Shown here: piece by piece, positions 18,123 to 28,932 of the stretch
How positions within the stretch are numbered: the stretch's first letter is position 1
Layout of the letters: every line of letters starts with the position of its first letter
Assembly: GCF_000284455.1 (NCBI RefSeq)
Contig: NC_017039.1
Location: 810,001 to 842,000 of the forward strand
Source of the DNA: Synechocystis sp. PCC 6803 substr. PCC-P
GTDB taxonomy: Bacteria > Cyanobacteriota > Cyanobacteriia > Cyanobacteriales > Microcystaceae
Reading direction: 5' to 3'
Length of the DNA: 32,000 nt
Notes under the pieces: generated by a model
Told to the model about the DNA's origin: nothing
The model's database searches: none
The model's input: only the letters and a program-made list of their open reading frames with translations
Translations under genes and position numbers: made by a program

Positions 18123-18950
18123 CTAGCCTGTGAATTGCCACAGGGGTTGACTATCAAACCAAAGGGAATCAGGCAAGGGAAAATTTTCATAACCGACCCG
18201 TAGTAGGCACAAACCTTTGGCCGGGGCAGCATATTTGACCAGATCTCGCCGCTGATTAACCCAAATATCATTGAAGTCAGTCAGACTGCGTTGTCCAGAG
18301 CCCACTTCCGCCAGCATGCCCACCAATAAGCGCACCATGCCATAGAGAAAACCATTGGCTTGGATTTCCAAATAGACCATGGGCCCCCGGCGGTAACATT
18401 CAACCCCCTGTACTTCCACCCAGGAATGGCGTCGGGCTGACCCCGCTCGGTGGAAGGCCGCTAGGTGATGTTTTCCTAGCAATGGTTCCATGGCAGCTTG
18501 TATGGTCTTCTCCTGGAGGGGAAAACGATAGTAATGCCAACTGAACTGATCGGCGAACAGATTAGGCCATTGATCTGTATAGATGCTGTAACGATACCGT
18601 CGCCACAGAGCAGAAAAGCGGGCGTGCCAATGGCTATCCACCGCCGCTGACCCCCTAACTATTATGTCTTGGGGCAAATGACCATTAAGAATTTTACTCC
18701 AGCGGTGGGGAGGAATCTGTCCCACTGGGTCGTCAAAATGGGCCACCTGGGCCGCTGCATGGACCCCTGCGTCTGTTCTCCCGGCACCATGGAGAGTGAC
18801 GGGCTGCCCCACCACCTTGGCGATCGCCAACTCCACTTCCTCCTGGATGGAAGAAAAATTAGGTTGACGTTGCCAGCCATGGAAATGGGTGCCCAGATAT
18901 TGCATTACCAGAGCAACCCTTTGTTTACCAGCAGACGGAGAAGAATGCAT
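18123..18950 (-). CDS. truA: tRNA pseudouridine(38-40) synthase TruA
   Basis: YLGTHFHGWQRQ and the catalytic GAGRTDAGVHA are present. The ATG at 18950 is the second codon of the track ORF, whose first codon is TTG. Confidence 0.93.
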   Translation of the reverse strand: MHSSPSAGKQRVALVMQYLGTHFHGWQRQPNFSSIQEEVELAIAKVVGQPVTLHGAGRTDAGVHAAAQVAHFDDPVGQIPPHRWSKILNGHLPQDIIVRGSAAVDSHWHARFSALWRRYRYSIYTDQWPNLFADQFSWHYYRFPLQEKTIQAAMEPLLGKHHLAAFHRAGSARRHSWVEVQGVECYRRGPMVYLEIQANGFLYGMVRLLVGMLAEVGSGQRSLTDFNDIWVNQRRDLVKYAAPAKGLCLLRVGYENFPLPDSLWFDSQPLWQFTG

Positions 18951-18967
18951 CAATACAAGAAGTCTAA

Positions 18968-19318
18968 CTAGACCAATTCAATCACAGCCATTTCCGCATT
19001 GTCACCCCGGCGACGTAGGGTTCTAATAATGCGGGTATAGCCCCCATCCCTGTCTTTATAGCGGCTGGGAGCATCCGCAAACAAAGCGTGGACTGTGGGT
19101 TTGTCATACATATAGCCTAGGGCCCGGCGACGGGCGGCCAGGGAACCATCCTTAGCTAGGGTAATCATGCGGTCTACCTCAGAACGCACGGCTTTAGCTC
19201 TAGCCTTAGTGGTCTTGATTTGTCCGTGGCGGATTAACTCCGTAGTTAAAGCCCTCAGCAGGGCCTTTCTTTGGTCAGCGGGCTTCCCCAACTGAGGCAC
19301 TCGACATCTGTGTCGCAT
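18968..19318 (-). CDS. rplQ: 50S ribosomal protein L17
   Basis: [24 protein letters not shown] ... matches the family over its full length. Confidence 0.96.
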   Translation of the reverse strand: MRHRCRVPQLGKPADQRKALLRALTTELIRHGQIKTTKARAKAVRSEVDRMITLAKDGSLAARRRALGYMYDKPTVHALFADAPSRYKDRDGGYTRIIRTLRRRGDNAEMAVIELV

Positions 19319-19395
19319 GGTAACTGAACTCCTAAAAAATTAACAACAGGGGGTTACTCTAAGGCAAGCAGCAGTAATCAAACCCATTGAGCTTG

Positions 19396-20340
19396 TTAAG
19401 CTTTAGCCTTTTCGTGGGGCAGGGTAATACCCAAACGTTTTTGCAGTGCCTCAATCACCTCCTCTGCGGATTTGAGACCAAAATTCTTGATTTCCAGTAG
19501 ATCTTCCTGGCTATACTCCAGTAGATCTGCCACGGAATTAATCTGGGCTCGCTTCAGACAGTTATAGGCACGGACAGAAAGCTGTAACTCTTCGATGGGA
19601 ATTTGACTTTCCGGATTGACCTCGTCCTGGTAATCGCTATGGGCCGCCTCCAGCTCATTGAGATCCTTAAGGGGGATAAAAAGATTGGCAATAATGTCAG
19701 ATGCTTCCGACAACGCCTCCCGAGGCTGAATACTGCCATTAGTCCAAATGTCTAGAATCAACCGGTCCTTTGGACTCATGCCATCGGCCCGAATGTCTTC
19801 CACTGTGTAGTTGACCTTAGTCACCGGCATAAATACCGAGTCAATTTGGAGAAAATCTAGAGATGAATTCTCATCCTTGCCCCGCTCGATAACTCGATAA
19901 CCTACGCCGCGCTCCACTCGGAATTCCATTTCCAGTTTGGCCCCTTCTGCTAGGGTGGCGATGTATTGGTTAGGATCAATAACCTCCACCTCCGAAGGTA
20001 CCTCAAACTGCGCTGCCGTTACCGTTCCCGGGCCGATCGCCGTCAGACGGCCAATTTGGGGCTGATCGGTGTAGCTTTTGAGCACAAGTTCCTTCATGTT
20101 CAGCATAATCTCCAGGACATCCTCCCGGACGCCTAGAATAGTGGCGAACTCATGGTTAACCCCCGCAATACGGATGGCCGTCACCGCGGCCCCGGGTAAG
20201 TTGGACAACAATACCCGCCGCAAAGCATTTCCCACCGTCGTTCCCTGGCCCCGGTCCAAGGGTTCAAGGGAAAACTTACTGTACTGCTGTTGATTTTTTC
20301 TGGTGCTGGATTCCACACACTCAATTTGAAACTGCGCCAC
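19396..20340 (-). CDS. rpoA: DNA-directed RNA polymerase alpha subunit
   Basis: NTD and CTD motifs are present (GNALRRVLLS; ELQLSVRAYNCLKRAQI). The start is a GTG with AAGGGAGG 8 nt upstream. Confidence 0.96.
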   Translation of the reverse strand: MAQFQIECVESSTRKNQQQYSKFSLEPLDRGQGTTVGNALRRVLLSNLPGAAVTAIRIAGVNHEFATILGVREDVLEIMLNMKELVLKSYTDQPQIGRLTAIGPGTVTAAQFEVPSEVEVIDPNQYIATLAEGAKLEMEFRVERGVGYRVIERGKDENSSLDFLQIDSVFMPVTKVNYTVEDIRADGMSPKDRLILDIWTNGSIQPREALSEASDIIANLFIPLKDLNELEAAHSDYQDEVNPESQIPIEELQLSVRAYNCLKRAQINSVADLLEYSQEDLLEIKNFGLKSAEEVIEALQKRLGITLPHEKAKA

Positions 20341-20448
20341 TGACGCGACCTCCCTTATATCTCCGTGTAAATAGCTTGACCGACGCTATCTCAGTCAGAG
20401 GAAATTACGATTTGCTCAAAAAAGCTGTTAGCAAAAAATTTAACTGTC

Positions 20449-20841
20449 CTAGACCCGACGGCGTTTGGGGGGACGACAACCATTGTGGGGGATGGGGGTA
20501 ACATCCCTGATCAGGGTGATTTCCAAACCAGCCCCTTGGAGGGCCCGGATAGCAGTTTCCCGACCGGCACCGGGGCCACTTACCATTACCTCTAATTGCC
20601 GCATACCCTGTTCCATGGCCCGACGGGCCGCAGAATCAGCAGCGGTTTGGGCGGCGTAGGGAGTGCCCTTTTTAGCTCCTTTGAAACCGCTAGAACCAGC
20701 GGAAGCCCAGGAAATCACATCGCCCCGAATGTCGGAAATGGTGACAATGGTGTTGTTAAAAGTAGATTGAATGTGGGCCACCCCGCTAGGGACATTCTTT
20801 TTTGCCTTTTTGGGCCCAGTTTTTCTGGTAGGACGCGCCAT
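20449..20841 (-). CDS. rpsK: 30S ribosomal protein S11
   Basis: [18 protein letters not shown] ... [14 protein letters not shown] is present. Confidence 0.97.
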
Positions 20842-20889
20842 AATGATTGCTTGAAAGCTTCAATAAACAGGACAGGGATGGGGGGAAGA

Positions 20890-21273
20890 TTATTTCTTCG
20901 CAGGGGTCTTTTTCTTGCCGGCAACGGTCAAGCGGCGGCCCCGACGGGTACGGGCATTGGTTCTAGTGCGTTGTCCCCGCACTGGTAAACCTTGGCGATG
21001 ACGACGACCACGGTAGGTGCCGATGTCTCCAAGGCGTTTAATGTTCATGGCCTCCCAACGACGGAGATCCCCTTCGATCTCGTAGTTTTCATCGATGTAG
21101 GTTCTTAATTTCAGCGCATCTTCATCACTGAGATCTTTGACTCGGACATCGGGGCTAACCCCGGTGGCGTCCAGAATTTCATGGGAGCGCGACAGACCAA
21201 TACCGTACAGATAAGTGAGGGCGATTTCCACACGCTTATCCCGAGGCAGGTCAACACCAGCTATGCGTGCCAC
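20890..21273 (-). CDS. rpsM: 30S ribosomal protein S13
   Basis: [26 protein letters not shown] is present. The start codon is GTG. Confidence 0.97.
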   Translation of the reverse strand: MARIAGVDLPRDKRVEIALTYLYGIGLSRSHEILDATGVSPDVRVKDLSDEDALKLRTYIDENYEIEGDLRRWEAMNIKRLGDIGTYRGRRHRQGLPVRGQRTRTNARTRRGRRLTVAGKKKTPAKK

Positions 21274-21355
21274 GTTGATTTTCCTCTAAATAAGTTCAAT
21301 AAATTTATGGAGTAGGGTTTAAGACAGACCGGAATGGTAATCACTAGGAGAACTG

Positions 21356-21472
21356 CTAACCTTGACGCTGTTTATGCTTGGGGTTAGCGGAACAGATAAC
21401 CATCACACGACCGCGCCGACGAATAACGCGGCACTTATCACACATTTTCTTAACGGAAGCTCTAACTTTCAT
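21356..21472 (-). CDS. rpmJ: 50S ribosomal protein L36 (zinc-ribbon C3H form)
   Basis: This gene is below the ORF-track cutoff. My hand translation gives [38 protein letters not shown] (38 aa). Confidence 0.95.
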   Translation of the reverse strand: MKVRASVKKMCDKCRVIRRRGRVMVICSANPKHKQRQG

Positions 21473-21506
21473 GCCTGATTTTCTTTGGCAACACTGCAAG
21501 CTCTTA

Positions 21507-21512
21507 ATTATA
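21507..21512 (-). promoter_or_regulatory. Candidate -10 box (TATAAT) of an internal promoter ahead of rpmJ-rpsM-rpsK-rpoA
   Basis: A perfect TATAAT on the minus strand lies 35 nt upstream of the rpmJ ATG, in the 137-nt infA-rpmJ spacer. No good -35 box is present. Confidence 0.3.
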
Positions 21513-21609
21513 ACAAGTTATCGTGGCCGTGTCATGGCAAATATTAAATTAACTCTCCCCACTGAGGGGAAGCATTAATTTTTTACCTTTGCCACCGTCA
21601 AATTAATAA

Positions 21610-21837
21610 CTACTTTTTATTTTTAAGACGATAGGTTATGCGCCCCTTGGTGAGGTCGTAGGGGGTTAATTCTACTTTGACCCGATCGCCGGGGAGAATT
21701 TTGATGTAATTACGACGAATTTTGCCGGAGATGTGGGCCAAAACGTTGAAACCATTGTCAAGATCGACTCTAAACATGGCATTGGGCAATGACTCCATCA
21801 CCGTGCCTTCCATCTCAATTAAATCTTGTTTAGACAA
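21610..21837 (-). CDS. infA: Translation initiation factor IF-1
   Basis: [29 protein letters not shown] ... aligns from residue 1 with E. coli IF1 (MAKEDNIEMQGTV...). The start codon is TTG, with AGGAGG 11 nt upstream. Confidence 0.95.
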   Translation of the reverse strand: MSKQDLIEMEGTVMESLPNAMFRVDLDNGFNVLAHISGKIRRNYIKILPGDRVKVELTPYDLTKGRITYRLKNKK

Positions 21838-21956
21838 GCGGTTAATGACCTCCTAAAAATAAAGCGGAATAAAGTATCGAAAAAAGCGCCATCGTCAATC
21901 ATAACAAATATAGGTTGCTCCATTGGCCAACCTATGCTCGTCTTGACATTTTGCCC

Positions 21957-22520
21957 CTAAGGTTTAACCAATTTTTCCAGGTTGGTGGCAATGGCTTCTA
22001 CCGGCTGGTTACCGTCAAGGGAGTAAAGTTTGCCCTGTTCTTGGTAATAGGCCATGAGGGGAGCAGTTTGCTCTGTGTAAACCAACAGCCGATTGCGAAT
22101 GGTGGTTTCGTTATCGTCCGCCCGCCCCCGGGCCAACAGGCGTTCTACAATTACTTCGTCGGGAACTTTTAAGTTAATGACCCAATGGGTACGGTGACCA
22201 ATATTAACCAACAACTCATCGAGAAAAATTGCTTGGTTGACGTTACGGGGAAAGCCATCTAGAATCCAGCCAGCCTTAGCATCTTTATGGCCCAAGCGCT
22301 CTTCAATTAACCCAAGAATTAACTGATCGGGCACCAATTCTCCCTTGTCCATGTAACCTTTGGCCTGGTTACCCAACTCCGTGCCATCGGCGATCGCCTG
22401 ACGTAGCATATCTCCAGTGGAAATATGGGGAATGCCCAAGGTCTCCGCCAATCCCACCGCCTGGGTACCTTTACCAGAGCCGGGGGCCCCCAGAAAAATT
22501 AAACCTTTAGCCATAGCCAT
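21957..22520 (-). CDS. adk: Adenylate kinase
   Basis: The P-loop GAPGSGKGTQ is present. The lid region is short and has no Cys4. The start is ATG at 22520 (MAMAKG...) or ATG at 22514 (MAKG...). The track's start at 22538 is a TTG. Confidence 0.93.
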   Translation of the reverse strand: MAMAKGLIFLGAPGSGKGTQAVGLAETLGIPHISTGDMLRQAIADGTELGNQAKGYMDKGELVPDQLILGLIEERLGHKDAKAGWILDGFPRNVNQAIFLDELLVNIGHRTHWVINLKVPDEVIVERLLARGRADDNETTIRNRLLVYTEQTAPLMAYYQEQGKLYSLDGNQPVEAIATNLEKLVKP

Positions 22521-22645
22521 AATCCGTAAAAACTCCAAAAATTAATCAAAAAAAGACGGTCAAGGAAGCAGCTTTGTAAGCTTTCCCTAACCGCAGTGTT
22601 TAATAAGACTGATTGATGCAACTCTGCCCGTAAAAATAGGGGCGA

Positions 22646-23974
22646 TTAGGGTTGTTTAATCATTCCTTCATAGCGTTGGGAAATAACATAGGTCTGGATC
22701 TGCTTCGCCGTGTCAATGGCAACCCCCACCAAAATGAGCAGGGATGTGGCTCCCAAACCTTGGAAAGTAGTTACTCCAGTGGCCTGTTCTACAAAAATAG
22801 GCAGGGTGGCCACAAAGCTGAGGAAAATTGCCCCCAGAAAAGTCAGACGATTGAGCACACCTTCCAGATATTGTTCTGTTTTTTTGCCGGGACGAATACC
22901 GGGAATGCTAGAACCCATCTTTTTCAGATTTTTCGACACGTCCTCAGGGTTGACGATCAGACTGGCGTAAAAATAACTGAAGAAGAAAATCATTACGGAA
23001 TAAACCACGGTATAGACCCAGGTACCGGGGCGTAAAGCGTTGGAAATTTGGACGAAAATTTCCCCAAACCCCCCTAAGCCTTCATTACCAGTGGCAAAAC
23101 CGGCCAGGGAAGAGGGCAAAATTAGCACTGCCGAAGCAAAAATAATCGGCATTACCCCCCCTTGGTTCAAACGTAGGGGTAAATAGCTGGTGCGCTCTCG
23201 ATAAAGCTTCTTACCTACCTGGCGACGGGCAGAAATAATCGGAATCCGACGGGTGCCTTCCTGTACAAAGACAATGCCCACGATCATGACGAGGAAAACT
23301 AGCATCAACAACACCACCGCTGTGATGGACTGTCTGCCCCCCGATTGGGCATATTCGATGGTTTGACCTAAAGTCTGAGGCAAGGTGGCCACAATGTTGA
23401 CAAAAATCAACAGGGAAGCTCCGTTACCAATGCCCCTTTCTGTGATCAACTCTGAAATCCACATCACAAACATCGAGCCAGCGGTGATCGCTAAAACCGT
23501 TTGAAAAATAAATAGGGGGCCATAGTTGTTGGCGTAGGGACGAAGTAAGCCGACGGTCAAACCTAAACCTTGGATAATGCACCAGCCAAAGGCAATATAA
23601 CGGCTATATTGGGAAATTTTCCGCCGCCCTGCCTCCCCTTCATTTTTCTGCAAATCTTCCAGGGCCGGAATGGCCGCCGTCAGCAGTTGCATGATGATGG
23701 AAGCGTTAATGTAAGGCAAAATCCCCAGGGCAAAAATGCCCACAGTGGATAATCCACCCCCGGTAAAAATATTTAAAAAACCAATAACGGAGTTATCGTT
23801 GATGGCCTGGCTAAAGGCCTGGCGATCAATGTCCGGCACTGGGATAAAAATTCCCACCCGGACCAGAATTAGTAGCCCAATAGTAATAAGCAGCCGACCC
23901 CGGAGGCCAGCCGCTTGGGCCATCTGCAGGAAAGTTTCCTGGGCAGAGGGGGCTTTGTCTCGACTTACGACCAT
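22646..23974 (-). CDS. secY: Preprotein translocase subunit SecY
   Basis: The 442-aa product has 10 transmembrane helices and matches the SecY family (GIGNGASLLIF, RRIPI...). Confidence 0.97.
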   Translation of the reverse strand: MVVSRDKAPSAQETFLQMAQAAGLRGRLLITIGLLILVRVGIFIPVPDIDRQAFSQAINDNSVIGFLNIFTGGGLSTVGIFALGILPYINASIIMQLLTAAIPALEDLQKNEGEAGRRKISQYSRYIAFGWCIIQGLGLTVGLLRPYANNYGPLFIFQTVLAITAGSMFVMWISELITERGIGNGASLLIFVNIVATLPQTLGQTIEYAQSGGRQSITAVVLLMLVFLVMIVGIVFVQEGTRRIPIISARRQVGKKLYRERTSYLPLRLNQGGVMPIIFASAVLILPSSLAGFATGNEGLGGFGEIFVQISNALRPGTWVYTVVYSVMIFFFSYFYASLIVNPEDVSKNLKKMGSSIPGIRPGKKTEQYLEGVLNRLTFLGAIFLSFVATLPIFVEQATGVTTFQGLGATSLLILVGVAIDTAKQIQTYVISQRYEGMIKQP

Positions 23975-24075
23975 TTATTTATACCTGAGTAAAAGTGCGA
24001 GGGATGAAGCAAAACAATGAATTAACCTATTATCGCTCTCTCCCAGGCTATGGGGAAGGATTTTGGTTACCATTG

Positions 24076-24519
24076 TTAGCCCTGCGCCACCACACTGCCA
24101 CCGGCCGCTTCAATTTTGGCTTGGGCTGCTTTGCTACAGGGAGCATGGACGGTGAGAGCTACGGCTAATTCCCCGTTGCCCAAAACTTTTAGGGGACCGT
24201 CATTACTAGTGACAATACCCGCTTCCATCAGGCTTTCTAGGGTGACCACGGTGTTGGGGGCTAGACCGGCCAACTTACCAACGTTAACCACCGTAAAATG
24301 CTTGGGATTGTAGAGGGGAAAGTGCTTTAACTTAGGCAGACGACGGTAGAGGGGCATTTGTCCCCCTTCAAAACCAGCTTTGGTACCGGTACCAGAACGG
24401 GATTTCTGGCCCCGCATACCAAAACCACAGCTAGCGCCTTGCCCTGCCGCAATACCCCGGCCAACACGGCGACGGCGTTTCTTGGCACCGTCCTTGGGAG
24501 AGAGTTCGCTCAAATTCAT
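24076..24519 (-). CDS. rplO: 50S ribosomal protein L15
   Basis: [27 protein letters not shown] is present. Confidence 0.96.
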
Positions 24520-24587
24520 GGCTAATATTAAAAATTAAGTTCACAGGAGATGGAATTTTCACTTAGTAAAGGCTTGGGGCCTTCAGC

Positions 24588-25109
24588 TTAGGTGTAAAGA
24601 TGCTCGACAGAAACTCCCCGTTCTTCTGCTACTTCCGAAAAAGTACGCAGGGTTTCCAAGGCGTTGATGGCAGCCCGGGCATTGTTGAGGGGATTGTTGG
24701 AGCCTAGTTGTTTGGCTAGGATATTCTTAACTCCGGCTAGCTCTAGCACAGTACGAACAGCGCCACCGGCAATTACCCCAGTACCAGGGGCAGCGGGGCG
24801 AACCACCACTTTGGCTCCTCCAGAAACTCCATTGGTGATATGGGTAATGGAATTGGATTTGGTCAAGGGCACTTCAATTAGTTGTTTTTTGCCATCGGCT
24901 ACCCCTTTACGGACAGCTCCGATTACGTCCCCAGCTTTACCCACTCCCACGCCAACCTGGCCGGTTTCGTTACCGACCACCACGATCGCCCGGAAGCTGA
25001 GTTTTTTTCCGCCTTTGACCACTTTACTGACCCGGCGGATTTGGATAACCCGTTCTTGCCAGTTGGTGTCTTCTTTTTTTTCTCGGCTGGTTTTACGACG
25101 CTTTGCCAT
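24588..25109 (-). CDS. rpsE: 30S ribosomal protein S5
   Basis: [22 protein letters not shown] is present. Confidence 0.97.
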   Translation of the reverse strand: MAKRRKTSREKKEDTNWQERVIQIRRVSKVVKGGKKLSFRAIVVVGNETGQVGVGVGKAGDVIGAVRKGVADGKKQLIEVPLTKSNSITHITNGVSGGAKVVVRPAAPGTGVIAGGAVRTVLELAGVKNILAKQLGSNNPLNNARAAINALETLRTFSEVAEERGVSVEHLYT

Positions 25110-25148
25110 AGTAATTTCCTTGGATGTTAATGGGTTTGGTTAACGTTG

Positions 25149-25511
25149 TTAGAAATTGAGACCGGCTTCCCTGGCCGCCTCCGCCAGAGCTTTTACCCGT
25201 CCGTGATACAACTTACCACCCCGGTCAAAAACTACTTGGTTAATGCCTTTGGCGATCGCCCGTTGGGCCACCAACTTACCCACTTCCGCCGAAGCTTCCT
25301 GGGTGGCGGTGGAACTAAGGGACTTTTTCAGATCTGGATCGAGGGTAGAGGCCGCCGCAAGGGTATGCTGGGCCACATCATCGATGACCTGGGCATAGAT
25401 GTGGTCATTGGAGCGAAAAACCGCCAAACGGGGCCGTTCGCTGGTACCGGATAAATGGCGACGCAGACGACGGTGACGACGTTGGGTAGCAGATTTACGA
25501 GTGCTTTTCAT
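25149..25511 (-). CDS. rplR: 50S ribosomal protein L18
   Basis: [20 protein letters not shown] ... [24 protein letters not shown] is present. Confidence 0.97.
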   Translation of the reverse strand: MKSTRKSATQRRHRRLRRHLSGTSERPRLAVFRSNDHIYAQVIDDVAQHTLAAASTLDPDLKKSLSSTATQEASAEVGKLVAQRAIAKGINQVVFDRGGKLYHGRVKALAEAAREAGLNF

Positions 25512-25514
25512 AGT

Positions 25515-26054
25515 TTATTTCTTCCCTGTCTTACCAGCTTTACGACGGACATATTCACCTTGGTAGCGGATGCCTTTACCCTTGTAGGGTTCTGGGGGCC
25601 GCACAGCCCGGATTTTGGCCGCTGTATTACCCAAGAGTTCCTTGTCAATGCCGGAGACAATTACCTGGGTGTTATTTTCAACTTTGACTTCAATGCCCTG
25701 GGGCATGGTCATTTCCACCGGCTTACTGTAGCCGACGTTGAGGGTTAACTTATTGCCCTGGGCTTGGGCCCTATAGCCAACCCCTTGGATTTCCAAACGG
25801 CGTTCAAAACCCTGGGCCACCCCATCCACCATGTTGGCGACGAGGGTGCGGACTAGGCCGTGGCGTTCCCGGGCAGTGCGGGACTCATCCTGACGGGTGA
25901 CGGTGATGGTTTCCCCTTCTTGGGCCACAATTACCTTTTCTGGTAACTGTCTTTCCAAGGACCCTTTAGGGCCTTTAACACTCAGGTGACTGCCTTGGAT
26001 ATCTACGCTGACCTTCGCAGGGAGGGGAATGGGGCGTTTTCCGATACGGGACAT
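25515..26054 (-). CDS. rplF: 50S ribosomal protein L6
   Basis: [15 protein letters not shown] ... [11 protein letters not shown] is present. Confidence 0.97.
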   Translation of the reverse strand: MSRIGKRPIPLPAKVSVDIQGSHLSVKGPKGSLERQLPEKVIVAQEGETITVTRQDESRTARERHGLVRTLVANMVDGVAQGFERRLEIQGVGYRAQAQGNKLTLNVGYSKPVEMTMPQGIEVKVENNTQVIVSGIDKELLGNTAAKIRAVRPPEPYKGKGIRYQGEYVRRKAGKTGKK

Positions 26055-26113
26055 AGGATTAATTCTGTAAAGTTAAGTTTAATTAGTAATGCAATAGTAG
26101 TCTTCGACCGGGA

Positions 26114-26515
26114 CTACCAAATGTAACAAAGGATTTCGCCCCCAATACCTTGGCGACGGGCTTCCCTGTCGGTCATGATGCCGTGGGAAGTGGAAACAAT
26201 GGCGATACCAATGCCGCCCAACACCCGAGGAATCTTTTTGGAAGGGGAGTAAACCCGCAAACCAGGCTTACTGACCCGTTGGAGGGTATTGATCAAAGGT
26301 TGACGAGTTTTGCCCTTGTACTTGAGGGTAAGCACTAACATTTTGTTAATACCTTCGCCGGTTTCAGAGTAGTCCTCAATGAACCCTTCGCTTTTGAGCA
26401 CTTTGGCAATGCTCAGGGTCATTTTGGTGGTGGGCACCTGGGTAGTGCTATGTCTCACCGCACAGGCATTGCGGATGCGGGTGAGCATGTCGGAAATTGT
26501 GTCTGTTGAAGCCAT
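26114..26515 (-). CDS. rpsH: 30S ribosomal protein S8
   Basis: [13 protein letters not shown] ... GGEILCYIW is present. Confidence 0.97.
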   Translation of the reverse strand: MASTDTISDMLTRIRNACAVRHSTTQVPTTKMTLSIAKVLKSEGFIEDYSETGEGINKMLVLTLKYKGKTRQPLINTLQRVSKPGLRVYSPSKKIPRVLGGIGIAIVSTSHGIMTDREARRQGIGGEILCYIW

Positions 26516-26606
26516 TATTCCTGCTGGTAGATTCTCCTAAGGGATGATGATTCAGGTGGATTGATGGAGACTTATTGCTGACCAATCACCCTGAGCCGCG
26601 ACTAAA

Positions 26607-27149
26607 TTAACTTCTAAAGGGCATGCCCAGAGCTTTGAGCAATGCACGACCTTCTTCGTCGGTTTGGGCGCTGGTGATGATGGAAACGTCCATACCCCGG
26701 ATTTGATCGATGGTGTCGTAGTCAATTTCGGGGAAAATTAATTGTTCGCGAATACCTAAGCTGTAGTTACCCCGGCCATCAAAGCTGTTGGGGCTAATAC
26801 CCCGGAAGTCCCGAATGCGAGGCAGAGCCAAGTTGATTAAGCGATCCAAAAAGGCATACATCCGCTCGGAACGGAGGGTAACCATTACCCCCACCGGCAT
26901 ACCTTCCCGGATTTTAAAACCGGCGATCGCCTTGCGAGCCCTGGTCACCACCGGTTTTTGCCCCGTAATGGTGGCTAATTCAGTCAGGGAAGACTCCAAA
27001 GCCTTGGCATTTTGGGAAGCTTCCCCCAGTCCCCGGTTAACTGTCACCTTAGTCAACTTGGGCACTTGGTGAATATTTTTATAACCAAACTCTTCCTGGA
27101 GCTTAGGAAGAATGGTTTCTTGGTAAAGGGTCTTAAGTCGTTGAGTCAT
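26607..27149 (-). CDS. rplE: 50S ribosomal protein L5
   Basis: [17 protein letters not shown] ... is present. The ATG at 27149 is chosen; the track ORF has a 20-codon extension. Confidence 0.96.
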   Translation of the reverse strand: MTQRLKTLYQETILPKLQEEFGYKNIHQVPKLTKVTVNRGLGEASQNAKALESSLTELATITGQKPVVTRARKAIAGFKIREGMPVGVMVTLRSERMYAFLDRLINLALPRIRDFRGISPNSFDGRGNYSLGIREQLIFPEIDYDTIDQIRGMDVSIITSAQTDEEGRALLKALGMPFRS

Positions 27150-27255
27150 GGTATTTACAGGGTCTCTGGGCTTGGTCAGAGAGTAGATGGACGAAGGGAA
27201 CTCGAGCACATCGGGTTAGGGTCTAGCATTGCTTGCGGGGCAAAGGTGATAGCCA

Positions 27256-27603
27256 TTAATCGATGATTTCGCCTGTTTTTTTCAGCATCCGCACTTTACG
27301 GCCATCGTCGGTGACGGTGTAGCAAATGCGACTGGCAATTTTTTCCTTGGTGGAATAGAGCATTACCTTGGAGCTATGGATGGGAGCTTCATAGCTACTG
27401 ATTTGCCCAGATTCCCCTTCCTGACGAGGTTTAACGTGCTTAGTGCGGATATTCACTCCTTTGACCACCACCTGACTGTGGCTGGGAATGGTACGCAAAA
27501 CTTCTCCCACTTTGCCCTTATCCTTGCCGGAAATTACCTGGATGGTGTCGCCTTTTTTGACGTGCATTTTCACCCGGTGGGGGGCTGGTTTGGTTTTAGT
27601 CAT
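27256..27603 (-). CDS. rplX: 50S ribosomal protein L24
   Basis: The KOW motif [21 protein letters not shown] is present. Confidence 0.96.
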   Translation of the reverse strand: MTKTKPAPHRVKMHVKKGDTIQVISGKDKGKVGEVLRTIPSHSQVVVKGVNIRTKHVKPRQEGESGQISSYEAPIHSSKVMLYSTKEKIASRICYTVTDDGRKVRMLKKTGEIID

Positions 27604-27972
27604 CTAGAGCACCTCCGGAGCCAAAGAAACAATCTTGGTAAAGTTTTTATCCCGCAGTTCCCGGGCCACGGGGCCAAATACCCTGGTACCCCGGGGATTA
27701 CCTTCAGCGTTGATAATCACAGCGGCATTGTCATCAAAACGGATACTCATGCCACTGGCCCGGCGTAGGGGCTGTTTGGTTCTGACAATTACCGCCCGCA
27801 CCACGTCGGACTTTTTGATGGGCATATTAGGGAGAGCATCTTTCACCACGGCAATAATTTGGTCGCCAATGCCACCATAGGTGCAGTTGCCCGTGCCCAG
27901 AACCCGCAGACACATGAGCTTACGAGCACCACTGTTGTCCGCGACGTTGAGATAGGTTTGTTGTTGAATCAC
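27604..27972 (-). CDS. rplN: 50S ribosomal protein L14
   Basis: [18 protein letters not shown] is present. The start codon is GTG. Confidence 0.97.
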   Translation of the reverse strand: MIQQQTYLNVADNSGARKLMCLRVLGTGNCTYGGIGDQIIAVVKDALPNMPIKKSDVVRAVIVRTKQPLRRASGMSIRFDDNAAVIINAEGNPRGTRVFGPVARELRDKNFTKIVSLAPEVL

Positions 27973-27995
27973 GGCGTTTTCCTAAAAAAATCGGA

Positions 27996-28241
27996 CTAGG
28001 ATGAATGGCTCATAATGTTGATTACTTGCCAGCGTTTGGTTTTACTCAGAGGGCGGGTTTCTTGGATGCGAACCTTGTCCCCTTCTTGGCACTGGTTTTC
28101 TTCGTCGTGAGCTTTAAATTTCTTGGTTTTGACGACAATCTTGCCGTACTTGGGGTGGGGAGAACGGCTTTCCACAGCAACAACCACGGTTTTATCCATT
28201 TTGTTACTGACCACAATGCCCACACGTTCTTTAATCGCCAT
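27996..28241 (-). CDS. rpsQ: 30S ribosomal protein S17
   Basis: [24 protein letters not shown] ... is present. The ATG at 28241 is chosen. Confidence 0.96.
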
Positions 28242-28248
28242 GGTGTTT

Positions 28249-28470
28249 TTATGCCTCCTCAGAAGGGCTATTCTCAAGTTGTCGTTCCCGTTCCACCGTT
28301 AAGAGTTGAGCCAAGCGATGGCGGGCATGTTTAAATTCATGGGGGTTTTCGGGACGACGGGTAGCCTGTTGGAACCGGAGTTGGAACAATCTTTGCTTGG
28401 TGGCTAAGATTTCAGTGGCCAATTCTTCGTCGCCGAGTTTCCTTGCGTCTGCAATGTTGGGAAGAGCCAT
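28249..28470 (-). CDS. rpmC: 50S ribosomal protein L29
   Basis: The 73-aa product carries the L29 pattern ([20 protein letters not shown]). Confidence 0.93.
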
Positions 28471-28472
28471 GG

Positions 28473-28892
28473 TTAAATATAGTCCTCCTGACGGCTAATA
28501 AATTTTGTTTTAATCGGTAATTTCTGGGCGGCGAGGCGCATGGCTTCCCGGGCCACTTCCTCAGAGACTCCAGCTAGTTCAAACATGACGCGGCCGGGCT
28601 TAACTACCGCTACCCAATATTCTGGGGAACCTTTACCGGAACCCATCCGGGTTTCAGCGGGACGCATGGTGACTGGCTTATCGGGGAAAATACGAATCCA
28701 AATTTTCCCACCCCGACGGATGTAACGGGTCATGGCTCGACGGGCGGCTTCAATTTGGCGGGAGGTGATCCAACAGGGTTCGGTGGCCTGGAGGGCGTAA
28801 TCACCGAAGTTGAGGGTGCTGCCCCGCTCCGCTAGACCCCGCATCCTGCCCCGTTGCTGTTTGCGGAATTTTGTTCTTCTAGGACTTAACAT
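28473..28892 (-). CDS. rplP: 50S ribosomal protein L16
   Basis: [19 protein letters not shown] is present. Confidence 0.97.
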   Translation of the reverse strand: MLSPRRTKFRKQQRGRMRGLAERGSTLNFGDYALQATEPCWITSRQIEAARRAMTRYIRRGGKIWIRIFPDKPVTMRPAETRMGSGKGSPEYWVAVVKPGRVMFELAGVSEEVAREAMRLAAQKLPIKTKFISRQEDYI

Positions 28893-28932
28893 AGTGTGTT
28901 AACGAATAGGCGTTAATGAATGGCGATAGCGT

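Noticed and set aside
24664-25143. A 159-aa plus-strand ORF, plus similar ORFs at 20596-20988, 22652-23035, 27376-27768, 25146-25454, 28005-28334 and 30271-30600, all opposite ribosomal protein or secY genes
   Set aside because: These are shadow ORFs antisense to strongly supported, highly conserved genes. Their translations are low-complexity and Pro/Gly/Arg/Ser-rich, and they have no start context.
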